Shown in pieces: positions 38,325-48,871 of a stretch of 64,000 nt of DNA; the stretch's first letter is position 1, and each line of letters starts with the position of its first letter. The notes beneath the pieces were generated by a model that saw only the letters and a program-made list of their open reading frames with translations, made no database searches and had not been told where the DNA came from. Where the stretch lies: the NCBI GenBank assembly GCA_963846915.1, contig CAWJXV010000008.1, positions 135,310-199,309 on the forward strand, given 5' to 3'. The position numbers were made by a program, and so were the translations under genes. Source of the stretch: an uncultured Actinomycetes bacterium (GTDB lineage Bacteria; Actinomycetota; Thermoleophilia; Gaiellales; Gaiellaceae).

Positions 38325-39185
38325 ATGGCGACTCGCCGGAACCTCTGGCTCGCGGGCGCGCTGCTCGGCCTGGTCGTGCTCGTCGCGGTCGCGAGTCGCG
38401 GGCACTCTCCGGCCGGCGGGGGCGGGACGCACGGGGTCGACTCCAACCTCATCTGGGAGTTCATCCTGATCGGCTTCTTCGGGCTGTTCCTGCTCTGCCT
38501 GCCCGTGGCGATCTGGGTCGTCGTCACCACGCGTCTCGACGCGCCGCCGAATCGCAGGAAGAAGAAGAACCGCACCGTCGGAATCGCGATCGCCCTTGCA
38601 ATCTTCCTGTTCGCGATCGTCGTCGCGGCGGAGCGCTATTACGCAAACAACAACCATGGAAACAAGCAGCCGAAGCAGCAACAGCTGCTCCAGAATGGGC
38701 CGATCAAGCCGAACAAGCTCGGCAAGAAGGTTCCGTTCGACTGGCTGCCGGCGATCGTGATCCTGTCGATCGCGGGCGTCGGCGGGGTCGTGGTCGGCTA
38801 CACGCTCTTCCGCAAGCCCTACAGGCGCGTGCCGACCCAGGCCGAGCTCGCGGCGCAGCTCTCTGCGGTACTCGACGACTCGCTCGACGATCTGCGCGCC
38901 GAGAGGGACCCGCGCCGGGCGGTGATCGCGACCTACGCGCGGATGGAGCGGACGCTCGCCGGCGCCGGCCTGCCGCGTGAGGCGTCCGAGACGCCGCTCG
39001 AGTACCTCGGGCGCGTGCTGCGCGAGCTCCTGCACGCGAGCGCCGACGCGGTCGCGCGGCTGACCGCCCTCTTCGAGCGGGCGAAGTTCAGCCCCCACGA
39101 GATCGACAGCGCCATGAAGCGCGACGCGATCAACGCACTCGTCGCGGTTCGCGACGAGCTGCGGGCGGAGGCGACCGCGGCGTGA
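38325..39185 (+). CDS. DUF4129 domain-containing membrane protein
   Basis: ORF 38325..39185. N-terminal transmembrane helices. C-terminal ETPLEYLGRV...LTALFERAKFSPHEID is typical of DUF4129 proteins that accompany MoxR/DUF58. Confidence 0.78.
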   Translation: MATRRNLWLAGALLGLVVLVAVASRGHSPAGGGGTHGVDSNLIWEFILIGFFGLFLLCLPVAIWVVVTTRLDAPPNRRKKKNRTVGIAIALAIFLFAIVVAAERYYANNNHGNKQPKQQQLLQNGPIKPNKLGKKVPFDWLPAIVILSIAGVGGVVVGYTLFRKPYRRVPTQAELAAQLSAVLDDSLDDLRAERDPRRAVIATYARMERTLAGAGLPREASETPLEYLGRVLRELLHASADAVARLTALFERAKFSPHEIDSAMKRDAINALVAVRDELRAEATAA

Positions 39186-39715
39186 ACGAGAAGCCGAAGC
39201 GGCCCTGGGTCCGCCTCGCCGTCGTCTGCGTGTTCGGCGCCGTCGCACTCACGGTGGCGCTCGTCGTCCGGCCCGGAGACGCGAGCCTGGCGGCCGAGGC
39301 GTTCGTCCTCTTCCTCGGCGCGCTCGGCGCAGCCGTGCTCACCCGCGCGACGTCGACGGCGTTCGCGGCGCCGACCGAGTCGCAGGTTGCCGTCGCGCTG
39401 CGCCCGCGGCGCCCGAAGGTCCGGCGCGTCCCCGAGCTCGAGCGGCTCGAGCGCGAGCTCGAGATGTCGACGCAGAGCGCCTACGACACGCACTACCGGC
39501 TGCGGCCGATCCTCCGCGAGATCGCCGCCGGCCGGCTCGGTCACAGCGCCGTCGAGCTCGACCGGCCCGGGAGCCGCGCCGAGGAGCTGCTCGGCCCCGA
39601 CGCGTGGGCGCTCGTCCGTCCGGACTCGCAGCGCCCCGCCGACCACCACGCTCCCGGGGCCAGCCTGGCGGAGATCGAGCGCGCGATCGATGCGCTGGAA
39701 GCGGTCGGCCGATGA
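39182..39715 (+). CDS. Hypothetical membrane protein
   Basis: ORF 39182..39715 (GTGA overlap with the upstream stop). Two N-terminal transmembrane helices. No motif recognised. Confidence 0.5.
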   Translation: MNEKPKRPWVRLAVVCVFGAVALTVALVVRPGDASLAAEAFVLFLGALGAAVLTRATSTAFAAPTESQVAVALRPRRPKVRRVPELERLERELEMSTQSAYDTHYRLRPILREIAAGRLGHSAVELDRPGSRAEELLGPDAWALVRPDSQRPADHHAPGASLAEIERAIDALEAVGR

Positions 39716-39814
39716 GCGTCGCTCGCTGTCGCTCGCCCCACGACCCTCGAGGCCGATTCGCTGGGAACCTTCCGGTTCCCCTGGACCCCCACCCTCATCG
39801 GCCAGGGTCGGCCG

Positions 39815-39821
<7 letters not shown>
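39703..39821 (+). repeat. 16-bp direct repeat GGTCGGCCGATGAGCG flanking an 87-bp spacer with a hairpin
   Basis: Copies at 39703-39718 and 39806-39821 (period 103). The first contains the upstream gene's TGA. The second contains the MoxR ATG. The spacer holds GGGAACC-TTCC-GGTTCCC (39763-39780). Confidence 0.8.
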
Positions 39822-40794
<973 letters not shown>

Positions 40795-40798
<4 letters not shown>

Positions 40799-42069
40799 GG
40801 CGCTCCGCCGCGCCGAAGCTCGGCGCGTACGCGGCGCTCGCCGGGCTCGGGCTGCTCGCAGCGCTCGTCCTCGGACAGCCGCTCCTCGTGACGATGGCGG
40901 CGCCGTTCGCCCTCGTCCTCGTCGGCGGGCTGATCCTCGGCGACGATCCCGGGCTGCGCGCGAGCGTCGAGCTCGACCGCGAACGGGTGCTCGAGGGCGA
41001 CGAGATCGTGCTCGAGCTCGAGGTGTGGGCGGTGCGCGGTATCCCGCGGCTCGACATCCTCGTGGGCGTGCCGGAAGGCCTCGTCGTCGAGAGTGGGCGC
41101 AACCCGGTGTCGATCAGGCTCGAGCCGCGCGAGCCGCAGACGGTCGAGCTCCGTCTGCGGGCGAGCCGTTGGGGCGCCTACCTCCTCGGCGACGTCCTCC
41201 TCCGTGGGCACGACACGCTCGGCGTGTTCCGATTCGACCAGGCGCTGCCGCGTGACCGGCAGCTACGCGTCTTCCCGCGCGAGGAGCAGCTGCGCAAGCT
41301 GCTGCGCCCGCGCGACACGCAGCCGTACGCGGGCGACGAGGTGGCGCGCCGGCGCGGCGACGGGATCGAGTTCTCGGACATCCGCCCGTTCGCGTTCGGC
41401 GACCAGGTGACGCGCGTCAACTGGCGCGCGACGGCGCGGCGCGGCGAGCTGTGGGTGAACGACCGCCATCCCGAGCGGAACAGCGACATCGTGCTCTTCC
41501 TGGACACGTTTACCGAGGCGCGCCGCGGCAGCGCGAGCACGCTCGACCACGCGCTGCGCGCAGCCGCCACGCTCGCGCGTGGGTACATCGGCTCGCGCGA
41601 CCGGGTCGGGCTCGTCAGCTTCGGCGGCGCACTCCGCTGGCTGAAGCCGGGGACGGGCGAGGCGCAGCTCTACCGGATCTGCGAGGCGCTGCTCGACACG
41701 CAGATCCTGCTCAACTACGCGTGGCGCGACATCGCCATCGTGCCCGCCCGCGTGCTGCCGCCGCAGTCGCTCGTCGTCGCCCTGACGCCGCTCCTCGACG
41801 AGCGCAGCGTCGGCGCCCTCTTCGACCTGCGGGCGCGCGGCCACGACATCGCGGTGATCGAGACGTCGCCCGTCCCGTACATGGATCCGGGGCGGACGGC
41901 GGCGGAGCGGCTCGCGTTCCGTCTCTGGCGGCTGCGCCGCGACGCGCTGCGTGACCGGCTGCGCCAGGGCGGGGTGGCGGTGGTCGAGTGGCAGGAGGGG
42001 ATGCCGTTGGCAGTCGGGATCGAGGAGGCGGGCGCATTCAGGCGCCACGCATTCGCCGGCCGCGGTTGA
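40795..42069 (+). CDS. DUF58 domain-containing protein
   Basis: ATG 40795 within ORF 40372..42069 (ATGA overlap). N-terminal transmembrane helices. GDGIEFSDIRPFAFGDQVTRVNWRATARRGELWV is the DUF58 signature. VWA-like remainder. Confidence 0.9.
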
Positions 42070-42587
42070 GCTTCCGCTGGCCGCGCCTCAGCCGGGCGAC
42101 CGGAGCGCTCGCCTGCGCTGGCGCGCTCGCCGCCTACCCCGCGGCCGCGACTGCGCGACTCGGCTGGATGCTCGCGACGCTCGGCGTGATCGCCTTCGGA
42201 ACGCTGGCGGTCGGCCTCGTCCTCCGGCGTGGCCAGCTCTTCGTCTGGGCACTCGTCCTCCTCGGCGCCGAGTACGCCGTCTGGCTCGAGCTCGGGACGC
42301 ACGCGCTCGACCAACGCGCGCCGATCGTCGGCGCCGGCCTCTTGCTGACGGCCGAGCTCGCGTTCGACTCGCTGGAGCCGGAGATCGGCTCGCTCAGGTC
42401 GACCGCCGTGCTGGCGCGGACGATCGCGCTCGCCGTCGTCATCCTCGCATCCGTCGGAATCGGAGCGCTCGTGATCGGCGCCGCGTCGATCCCGATCAGC
42501 GGCGGCGTCGCGCTCACCGGCGGCGGCGTGGTCGCCGCCGTCCTCGCGCTCGCGTTGATCACCCGGCTCGCGACCGCACGCCGCTAG
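42066..42587 (+). CDS. Hypothetical integral membrane protein
   Basis: TTG 42066 within ORF 41988..42587 (TTGA overlap with the DUF58 stop). Four or five hydrophobic helices. Confidence 0.5.
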   Translation: MSFRWPRLSRATGALACAGALAAYPAAATARLGWMLATLGVIAFGTLAVGLVLRRGQLFVWALVLLGAEYAVWLELGTHALDQRAPIVGAGLLLTAELAFDSLEPEIGSLRSTAVLARTIALAVVILASVGIGALVIGAASIPISGGVALTGGGVVAAVLALALITRLATARR

Positions 42588-42591
42588 CCAG

Positions 42592-42996
42592 ATGGCGAGC
42601 GCGTCCGTGCTGACCGTCGAGGGCGTCTACCTCGTCGACCTCGAGGACGCGACCGTGCTCGGCCCCTCCGCCGACGCTGTCTTCGATCCGCCGCCCGCGC
42701 AGGCGACGCGCCCGTTCCTGCCTCGCCTGGTCGCCGCGTCGAGTGTCGGCTCGACGGTGGCGGCCGTCGTCGACGCCAGGCCCCCGCTCCTCGTCTCGCA
42801 CGACGCCGGCGTGACGTGGAAGGACTCGGGTCGCGGCCTGCCGCCCGGCCACGCGGTCGCCGTCTCCTCCGACGATCCCGACCGGCTCCTCTACGCCGCC
42901 CGCAACCGCCTCTACCTCTCGACCGACGGCGGGCGCTTCTGGCGCTCGCTCGAGATCGAGCTGCCCGACATCGAGAACGTGGCCTTCGCCGAATAG
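42592..42996 (+). CDS. Small BNR/Asp-box repeat protein
   Basis: ORF 42592..42996. Two Asp-box-like motifs, SHDAGVTW and STDGGRFW. Confidence 0.6.
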   Translation: MASASVLTVEGVYLVDLEDATVLGPSADAVFDPPPAQATRPFLPRLVAASSVGSTVAAVVDARPPLLVSHDAGVTWKDSGRGLPPGHAVAVSSDDPDRLLYAARNRLYLSTDGGRFWRSLEIELPDIENVAFAE

Positions 42997-43035
42997 CCTC
43001 AGGCCCTCGTCCCTGCCGTGTGAGAGCCTGCCTGC

Positions 43036-44721
43036 TTGGGCAGAGCTCGATCCACACGAGTCGTCCAGGTCTTCGCAACGATCGCGAGGAACCCCGAGCT
43101 GCGGCGCCTCCAGCTTGCGTTCTTCGGGTTCAACGCGTCGGAGTGGGCGGTCTGGATCGCGATGCTCGTCTACGCCTACGACCACGGAGGCGCGACCGAG
43201 GCGGGCCTGGTCGCGGTGATCCAGCTCGTCCCGGCGGCGATCCTCGGCCCCGTCCTCGCCGTGCTCGCGGACCGCGAGTCGCCCGCGCACACGCTCCGGC
43301 GCGGCTACCTCGTCCAGGCCACGCTGATGGCGATCGTGGCTGCGGTCCTGATCGCCGGCGGGAACCGCTATCTCGTCTACGCCCTCGCGGCCCTCGCCGC
43401 AACGGCCATGACGATCACGCGCCCCGCACAGACGGCGCTCGTGCCGCATCTCGCCCGCCGGCCCGAGGAGCTGACCGCCTCGAACGTCGTCTCGGGGTGG
43501 ACGGAGAGCGTCGCCATGCTGACCGCACCGGCCGTTGCCGGCGTGCTCCTCGCGACCACGGGCCCCGGCTGGGTGTTCGCGGTCATGGCCGTCGCGACGC
43601 TCGGCTCGTCGCTGCTCGTCGCGCCGCTCGACACGGCCACAGCTGCCGTGCACGACGACGAGGACGAGCCCGCCGAGGAGGCGCAGGCGAGCGTACGCGC
43701 CGAGCTTGCCGCCGGCATCCACGTCCTGCGCACGGAGCGGGCGGCGCGGATGCTCGTGATCCTGCTCGGCATCCAGTTCGCCGCGATCGGGGCGCTCGAC
43801 GTGATCACCGTCGTCATCGCGCTCTCGGTCCTCCACCTCGGCCAGGGCGGCTCCGGCTACCTGAACGCGGTCTTCGGCCTCGGCGGTGTGCTCGCGATCC
43901 TGCTGACGGCGACGTTCGTGGGCAGCAAGAAGCTGATCCCCTGGCTGGTCGGCGCGGCAATCGCCTGGGGCAGCGCGTTCCTCGTCCTCGGCCTGCGCCC
44001 GACGGTGGCCGGCGCCGTGCTCCTGCTGATCGTGGCCGGCGTCAGCTACATGCTCTTCGACGTCGCCGGGCGGACGCTGCTGCAGCGCTGTGCTCCCGCC
44101 GACGTCGTCTCGCGCATCTTCGGCCTGCTCGAAGGCGTCTCGGCGGCCGGCATTGCCGCCGGCTCCCTGCTCGTACCCGTGCTCGTGTCGGTGCTCGGCA
44201 CGAAGGCGGCGGTGATCGGGACCGGAGCGGTGCTGCCGCTGGCCGTCCTGCTCTGCGGCAAGTCGCTGTTCGAGGTCGACGCCTCGGCGACGGTGCCGGT
44301 GGTGGAGATCGCGCTGCTCCGGTCCGTGGCGTTCCTGCAGCAGCTGCCCGCGCCGACGGTCGAGAGCCTGGCGCGAAGCCTGATCCCGATCGACGCCGCC
44401 CCCGGTGACGTGCTGATCGCGGAGGGCGACGTCGGTGACCGCTTCTACGTGATCGCCGATGGCGAGGTGGAGAGCACTGCCGGCGGCAGGGAGCTCGGCC
44501 GGCTCGGCCGCGGCGACGGCTTCGGTGAGATCGCGCTCCTCCAGGACGTGCCCCGGACGGCGACCTGCACCGCCGTCGGCCGCGTCCGGCTGTACGCGCT
44601 CGAGCGCGAGACCTTCCTCGCCGCCGTGTCCGGGCATCGCCGGTCACTCCACGCGGCCGCGCGGCTCGTCGAGCGGCGCCTCGCGAACACGCCCGCTGCG
44701 GCTCCGGCCGCCGAGGGCTAG
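43036..44721 (+). CDS. MFS transporter fused to a C-terminal cyclic-nucleotide-binding domain
   Basis: ORF 43036..44721 (TTG start, uncertain). 12 transmembrane helices. The cNMP-binding module is [12 protein letters not shown]...[22 protein letters not shown]...[21 protein letters not shown]. Confidence 0.85.
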   Translation: MGRARSTRVVQVFATIARNPELRRLQLAFFGFNASEWAVWIAMLVYAYDHGGATEAGLVAVIQLVPAAILGPVLAVLADRESPAHTLRRGYLVQATLMAIVAAVLIAGGNRYLVYALAALAATAMTITRPAQTALVPHLARRPEELTASNVVSGWTESVAMLTAPAVAGVLLATTGPGWVFAVMAVATLGSSLLVAPLDTATAAVHDDEDEPAEEAQASVRAELAAGIHVLRTERAARMLVILLGIQFAAIGALDVITVVIALSVLHLGQGGSGYLNAVFGLGGVLAILLTATFVGSKKLIPWLVGAAIAWGSAFLVLGLRPTVAGAVLLLIVAGVSYMLFDVAGRTLLQRCAPADVVSRIFGLLEGVSAAGIAAGSLLVPVLVSVLGTKAAVIGTGAVLPLAVLLCGKSLFEVDASATVPVVEIALLRSVAFLQQLPAPTVESLARSLIPIDAAPGDVLIAEGDVGDRFYVIADGEVESTAGGRELGRLGRGDGFGEIALLQDVPRTATCTAVGRVRLYALERETFLAAVSGHRRSLHAAARLVERRLANTPAAAPAAEG

Positions 44722-45564
44722 CAGCGAGAACTCGCCGCGCGCGACGATCACTGCGCTGCCGCCGACGTCGACGCGCGCGATCGCATCCGGCGTGCCCTCG
44801 ACCCGGGCGTAGAGCCTGGACGGCCGGTCGATCTCGACGCCCTGCGTGATCTCGATCTCCTCGCCCGGTTCGACGCGGCCGTGGCGGACGAGGTGGACGG
44901 CGAGCGGGCCTGCCGCCGAGCCCGTCGCGGGATCCTCCGAGACGCCGGCGCCGGGCGCGAACATGCGCGTCTTCCACGCATTGCCGGAGCCGGCGAAGCA
45001 GTTGATCCCGAGGACCTTGCCGAACTCGGCCAGGCGCGACATGTCCGGTCGCAGCGCCGCAACGTCGTCCGTGGACGGCAGGCACACGTACACGTTGCGC
45101 ATGCCGTTGTCGTAGAGCTCGACCGGGAGCTCGGAGCGCTCGACGCCGACCGCGGCGAGCAGCGCCTCCGCGTCGTCGAACGGCTCGACCGACGGGAGCG
45201 GCTGCGACATCCACCCGAACACGATCCGCGCACCCTCACGTTCGAGCAGGACGGGAACGACGCCGGAGCCCGTCTCGAGCAGGATCTCGACGAGCTGCAG
45301 CGGGCCGCCGAGCACGAACGCGGTGCCGAGCGTCGGATGCCCGGCAAACGGGATCTCGACCGCAGGCGTGAAGATGCGCATACGCGCGTGCCCGCCGTTC
45401 TCGGCCGGATAGACGAACACCGTCTCGGAGTAGTTCATCTCCCGCGCTAGCGGTTGCAGCGTGTCCTCGGGCAGGTCGCGCGCGTCGGTGAAGACCGCGA
45501 GCTGGTTGCCCTCGAGCGGCGTGTCCGTGAAGACGTCGCAGACGACGTAGCGGAACCGTGCCAT
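44644..45564 (-). CDS. PhzF family isomerase
   Basis: ORF 44644..45564. [46 protein letters not shown]. The 3' tail overlaps the convergent MFS gene by 78 nt. Confidence 0.9.
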   Translation of the reverse strand: MARFRYVVCDVFTDTPLEGNQLAVFTDARDLPEDTLQPLAREMNYSETVFVYPAENGGHARMRIFTPAVEIPFAGHPTLGTAFVLGGPLQLVEILLETGSGVVPVLLEREGARIVFGWMSQPLPSVEPFDDAEALLAAVGVERSELPVELYDNGMRNVYVCLPSTDDVAALRPDMSRLAEFGKVLGINCFAGSGNAWKTRMFAPGAGVSEDPATGSAAGPLAVHLVRHGRVEPGEEIEITQGVEIDRPSRLYARVEGTPDAIARVDVGGSAVIVARGEFSLLALGGRSRSGRVREAPLDEPRGRVE

Positions 45565-45610
45565 GCGGGCAATCTACTGTCCGGCCCCGGAGCCAATCCG
45601 GAAGCCTTGG

Positions 45611-45902
45611 CTACGGCATGGCGGACTGCTCGTACTGCGGCACGATCGAGATCGACACCGATGCCGCCTCGTTGTAGGGATCGGGTCGAGGCCGCCGGTG
45701 ATCTTGAAGAACGCGCGCGTGCCGGGCAGGAGCTTGAAGTAGCCGCTGCCGACTTCGCGCGGCCGCCCGGATCGACCTCGAGCCTGGAGATCGCCGGTGC
45801 GCCGACGAAGCCGATCTCGCCGCCGAGGTCGTACTGCGAGCCGGCGTTGATGATCGGGATCGTGGCACTGGCCGATCCGATCAGGTGGTTGCCAGGCAGC
45901 AC
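45611..45902 (-). pseudogene. Frame-broken ORF remnant of unknown family
   Basis: Protein-like segments sit in three different frames. They are VLPGNHLIGSASATIPIINAGSQYDLGGEIGFVGAPAISRLEVDPGG, then EVGSGYFKLLPGTRAFFKITGGLDPIP, then YNEAASVSISIVPQYEQSAMP-stop. No family assignment is possible by eye. Confidence 0.3.
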
Positions 45903-45943
45903 GATGTTGATCAGGACGCCGAACGAGGGAACGCGGCGAGGCT

Positions 45944-46387
45944 TTACGAGTCTTGCTCGGGCGGCCAGCTCAGGTCGGCGCCCGGGATCGGGTCGCCGTG
46001 CGGATCGCGCGTCGGGAAGCCGAGCGACTCGTCGATCCGGGCTTCCAGCTCCTCCGAGAGCGCGTGCTCGAGCCGTTCCGCCTCGGCGTGCACGTCGTCG
46101 AGGGGCAGGCCGAGCGTCTCCGACAGGTACTGCTCGAGCAGACGGTGGTGCCTGATCACCTCGATGGCCGCCTTCTCACCGGCCCGGGTCAGCGTGACGC
46201 CGTGATACCGCTCGTGCCGGACGAGCTTGAGCTCGGCGAGCTTCTTCAGCATCGCCGTCGCCGACGGCGGCGAGACGCCCACGCGCTCGGCCAGGGCGGA
46301 GGTCGTGGCGCGCCCCTGCTCGGTCTGCAGCTTGTAGATCTCCTTGAGGTAGTCCTCGGCCGTCTGGCTGAGCGGCGCGGTCGTCAT
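45944..46387 (-). CDS. DtxR/MntR family metal-dependent transcriptional regulator (two-domain, no SH3 domain)
   Basis: ORF 45944..46393, start at ATG 46387. [33 protein letters not shown], metal-site region [10 protein letters not shown]-terminal [12 protein letters not shown]. Confidence 0.88.
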   Translation of the reverse strand: MTTAPLSQTAEDYLKEIYKLQTEQGRATTSALAERVGVSPPSATAMLKKLAELKLVRHERYHGVTLTRAGEKAAIEVIRHHRLLEQYLSETLGLPLDDVHAEAERLEHALSEELEARIDESLGFPTRDPHGDPIPGADLSWPPEQDS

Positions 46388-46396
46388 GCACACAAG

Positions 46397-46412
46397 TTTA
46401 GACGCGGCTAAA
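46397..46412. promoter_or_regulatory. Palindrome TTTAG-N6-CTAAA just upstream of the MntR-like gene
   Basis: TTTAGACGCGGCTAAA lies in the 54-bp divergent gap (46394-46447). Candidate autoregulatory box; weak evidence. Confidence 0.25.
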
Positions 46413-46447
46413 GGTCATCCTGCCCGGCGCGAAACTATCCTGGGCTC

Positions 46448-46852
46448 GTGCGGCTCTATCTCGTCCGTCACGCAGAGGCTGCGGCCGGTGAGCCCGACGA
46501 CCTGCGCCCGCTGACCGCCACCGGCCGCCGGCAGGCGCGGGAGCTCGGCGCGAGGCTCGCCGCGGAGGGCGCCGCGGGTGCCGCGGTGATCACGAGCCCG
46601 CTCCTGCGGGCCCGCGAGACGGGAGAGGAGATCGCTCGGGCGCTCGGCACAGAAGCCCGCCCCGACGAGCGGCTCGCGCCCGGCGCAACCGCGAGCAGCG
46701 TCCGCGAGGCCGTCGAGGAGGAGCACGGCGACGCAGTGGTCGCGGTCGGCCACCAGCCCGATTGCGGCCGCATCGCCGCGGAGCTGACAGGCGGCCCCGA
46801 GCCGCGCTTCCACACGGCCGGCACGGTCGTGATCGAGCTCGCCGACGCATGA
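46448..46852 (+). CDS. sixA: Phosphohistidine phosphatase SixA / histidine phosphatase family
   Basis: ORF 46448..46852 (GTG start). LYLVRHAEA (RHG-type motif), SPLLRARETGE, VGHQPD. Confidence 0.8.
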   Translation: MRLYLVRHAEAAAGEPDDLRPLTATGRRQARELGARLAAEGAAGAAVITSPLLRARETGEEIARALGTEARPDERLAPGATASSVREAVEEEHGDAVVAVGHQPDCGRIAAELTGGPEPRFHTAGTVVIELADA

Positions 46853-47697
46853 CGCCAGCCATCACCGTCAGCGACCTGCGCAAGTCGTACGGCCAGGTCG
46901 AGGCCGTTCGCGGCGTCAGCTTCGAGATCGAGCAGGGCGAGGTCTTCGGGCTGCTGGGCCCGAACGGCGCCGGGAAGACGACGACCGTCGAGGTCCTCGA
47001 GGGCTACCGCAAGCGCGACGGGGGCAGCGTCTCCGTGCTCGGCGTCGACCCTCAGCACGCCGGGGGCGACTGGCGCGAGCGGATCGGCATCGTCCTCCAG
47101 TCCTCGGCGATGTACCCGAACCTCACCGTCGACGAGCACGTGCGCGTGTTCGCCGGCTACTACTCGCGGCCGCGCGACCCGGGCGAGGTGATCGCGCTCG
47201 TCGGGCTCGAGGAGAAGCGGAGCGCGCGCGTGAAGACGCTCTCGGGCGGCCAGCAGCGTCGGCTCGACCTCGCCCTCGGCCTGGTCGGCGACCCCGAGCT
47301 GATCTTCCTCGACGAGCCCACGACGGGCTTCGACCCGCAGGCCCGGCGGGCCGCGTGGGAGATGATTCGCTCGCTGCGGGAGCTCGGCAAGACCGTCCTC
47401 CTGACGACGCACTACCTCGACGAGGCGGAGCAGCTCTCCGATCGCGTAGCCGTGCTGCGCGAGGGCCAGATCGTCGCGCTCGGGAAGCCGTCGGAGCTCG
47501 CCGGAGCGCGCGTCGCGACCGAGGTCAGGTACCGGCTCGACGGCCAGGAGGTCGTCGTCGAGACGCACGAGCCGACGAAGCTGCTCCACGAGCTGACCGG
47601 CCGGGCGCTGGCCGAGGGCAAGGAGCTCGAGTCGCTCGAGGTGCGGCGGCCGACGCTCGAGGAGATCTACCTCTCGCTGACGGGGAGCGACGAATGA
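46849..47697 (+). CDS. ABC transporter ATP-binding protein
   Basis: ATG 46849 within ORF 46762..47697 (ATGA overlap). GPNGAGKTT, LSGGQQRRLDLALGL, LIFLDEPTTGFD. Confidence 0.93.
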   Translation: MTPAITVSDLRKSYGQVEAVRGVSFEIEQGEVFGLLGPNGAGKTTTVEVLEGYRKRDGGSVSVLGVDPQHAGGDWRERIGIVLQSSAMYPNLTVDEHVRVFAGYYSRPRDPGEVIALVGLEEKRSARVKTLSGGQQRRLDLALGLVGDPELIFLDEPTTGFDPQARRAAWEMIRSLRELGKTVLLTTHYLDEAEQLSDRVAVLREGQIVALGKPSELAGARVATEVRYRLDGQEVVVETHEPTKLLHELTGRALAEGKELESLEVRRPTLEEIYLSLTGSDE

Positions 47698-48443
47698 GCG
47701 ACCTCCTCCACGAGCTCCGCACCGAGCAGCTCCTCTTCTGGCGCAGCCGCGAGCTCGCGTTCTTCACCTTCCTGCTGCCGATCATCTTCTTCGTCCTCCT
47801 CGGATCCGTGTACGGCACGGACAAGATCGAGCACGTGAAGGGCTCCAGCTACCTGCTGGCGGGCATGCTCGGGTACGGCGTCGTCGCGACGGCCTTCGCG
47901 GGGCTCGCGATCACGATCACGATCAGGCGCGAGTCGGGCGTGCTCAAGCGCCTCCGCGGCACGCCGCTTCCGGCCTGGGCATACGTGGGCGGGGTGCTCG
48001 GCTCGACCATCGCCGTCTATGCGATCGAGGCTGCGGCGCTGATCGTGCTCGGCAGGGCGCTGTTCGACGTCCCGTTCCCGGACCGCTGGTTCTCGCTCGT
48101 GCTGACCCTGCTGCTCGGGGCGGTCGCGTTCGCGGCGCTCGGCATCGGCCTGACGGCCGTGATCCGCTCGGCCGAGGGCTCGTCGGCGCTCGTGAACGCG
48201 ATCTACCTGCCGATGGCCTTCATCGCCGGCGCCTTCTTCTCGCCGCACTCGTTCCCGCAGTTCCTGCGCGGAATCGCGGACGTGCTGCCGCTCACCTACT
48301 TCATCCGCCTCGTGCGCGACGTCCTGCTGCACGGTGAGCAGATCTGGGATCAGCCCGAGGCGGTGGCCGTGATCGCCGCCTGGGGCGCGTTCGGCGCGCT
48401 GGTCGCGTTCCGCCGCTTCCGCTGGGAGCCGCGGGAGGCGTAG
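47694..48443 (+). CDS. ABC-2 type transporter permease
   Basis: ATG 47694 within ORF 47355..48443 (ATGA overlap). Six transmembrane helices. GVLKRLRGTPLP is typical of ABC-2 permeases. Confidence 0.9.
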   Translation: MSDLLHELRTEQLLFWRSRELAFFTFLLPIIFFVLLGSVYGTDKIEHVKGSSYLLAGMLGYGVVATAFAGLAITITIRRESGVLKRLRGTPLPAWAYVGGVLGSTIAVYAIEAAALIVLGRALFDVPFPDRWFSLVLTLLLGAVAFAALGIGLTAVIRSAEGSSALVNAIYLPMAFIAGAFFSPHSFPQFLRGIADVLPLTYFIRLVRDVLLHGEQIWDQPEAVAVIAAWGAFGALVAFRRFRWEPREA

Positions 48444-48473
48444 AAGCCGTTGGGACGGGGAACCGGGTCCCCC

Positions 48474-48857
48474 ATGCTGCGCACCGACGTCCCGATTGCG
48501 TTCGTTGCGCCGGATGGAGAGCCGTCGGAGCTCGAGATCCGGATCAACTTCGGCGTCCTCGCAGGCCGTGAGGCGACGCCGGCCGAGCTGGACGAGCTCG
48601 GCCGCGCGGTCATGGCCGAGGTCGAGCACGTGACGCTGGTCTCGGAGCACCGGCACGAGCTCGAACGCGACAGCGAGACGTCGCTCCACCAGGTGCGGAT
48701 GGACATCCCGGAGGCCGCGCTGCCCGTCGACACAGCCGAGGCCGAGTGGACGCGCGACCGCATCCTCAGGCTGGCCGAGCGCTGGACGCAGAGCTGCTTC
48801 GACGCCCGCCACGCCGAAGTGATCGAGCTGTTCCCGGACGAGCCGCGCCGGCGGTAG
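48474..48857 (+). CDS. Hypothetical protein
   Basis: ORF 48450..48857, ATG 48474 preferred. Acidic soluble protein with no motif recognised. Confidence 0.45.
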   Translation: MLRTDVPIAFVAPDGEPSELEIRINFGVLAGREATPAELDELGRAVMAEVEHVTLVSEHRHELERDSETSLHQVRMDIPEAALPVDTAEAEWTRDRILRLAERWTQSCFDARHAEVIELFPDEPRRR

Positions 48858-48871
48858 CGCGACGAAGGCTC

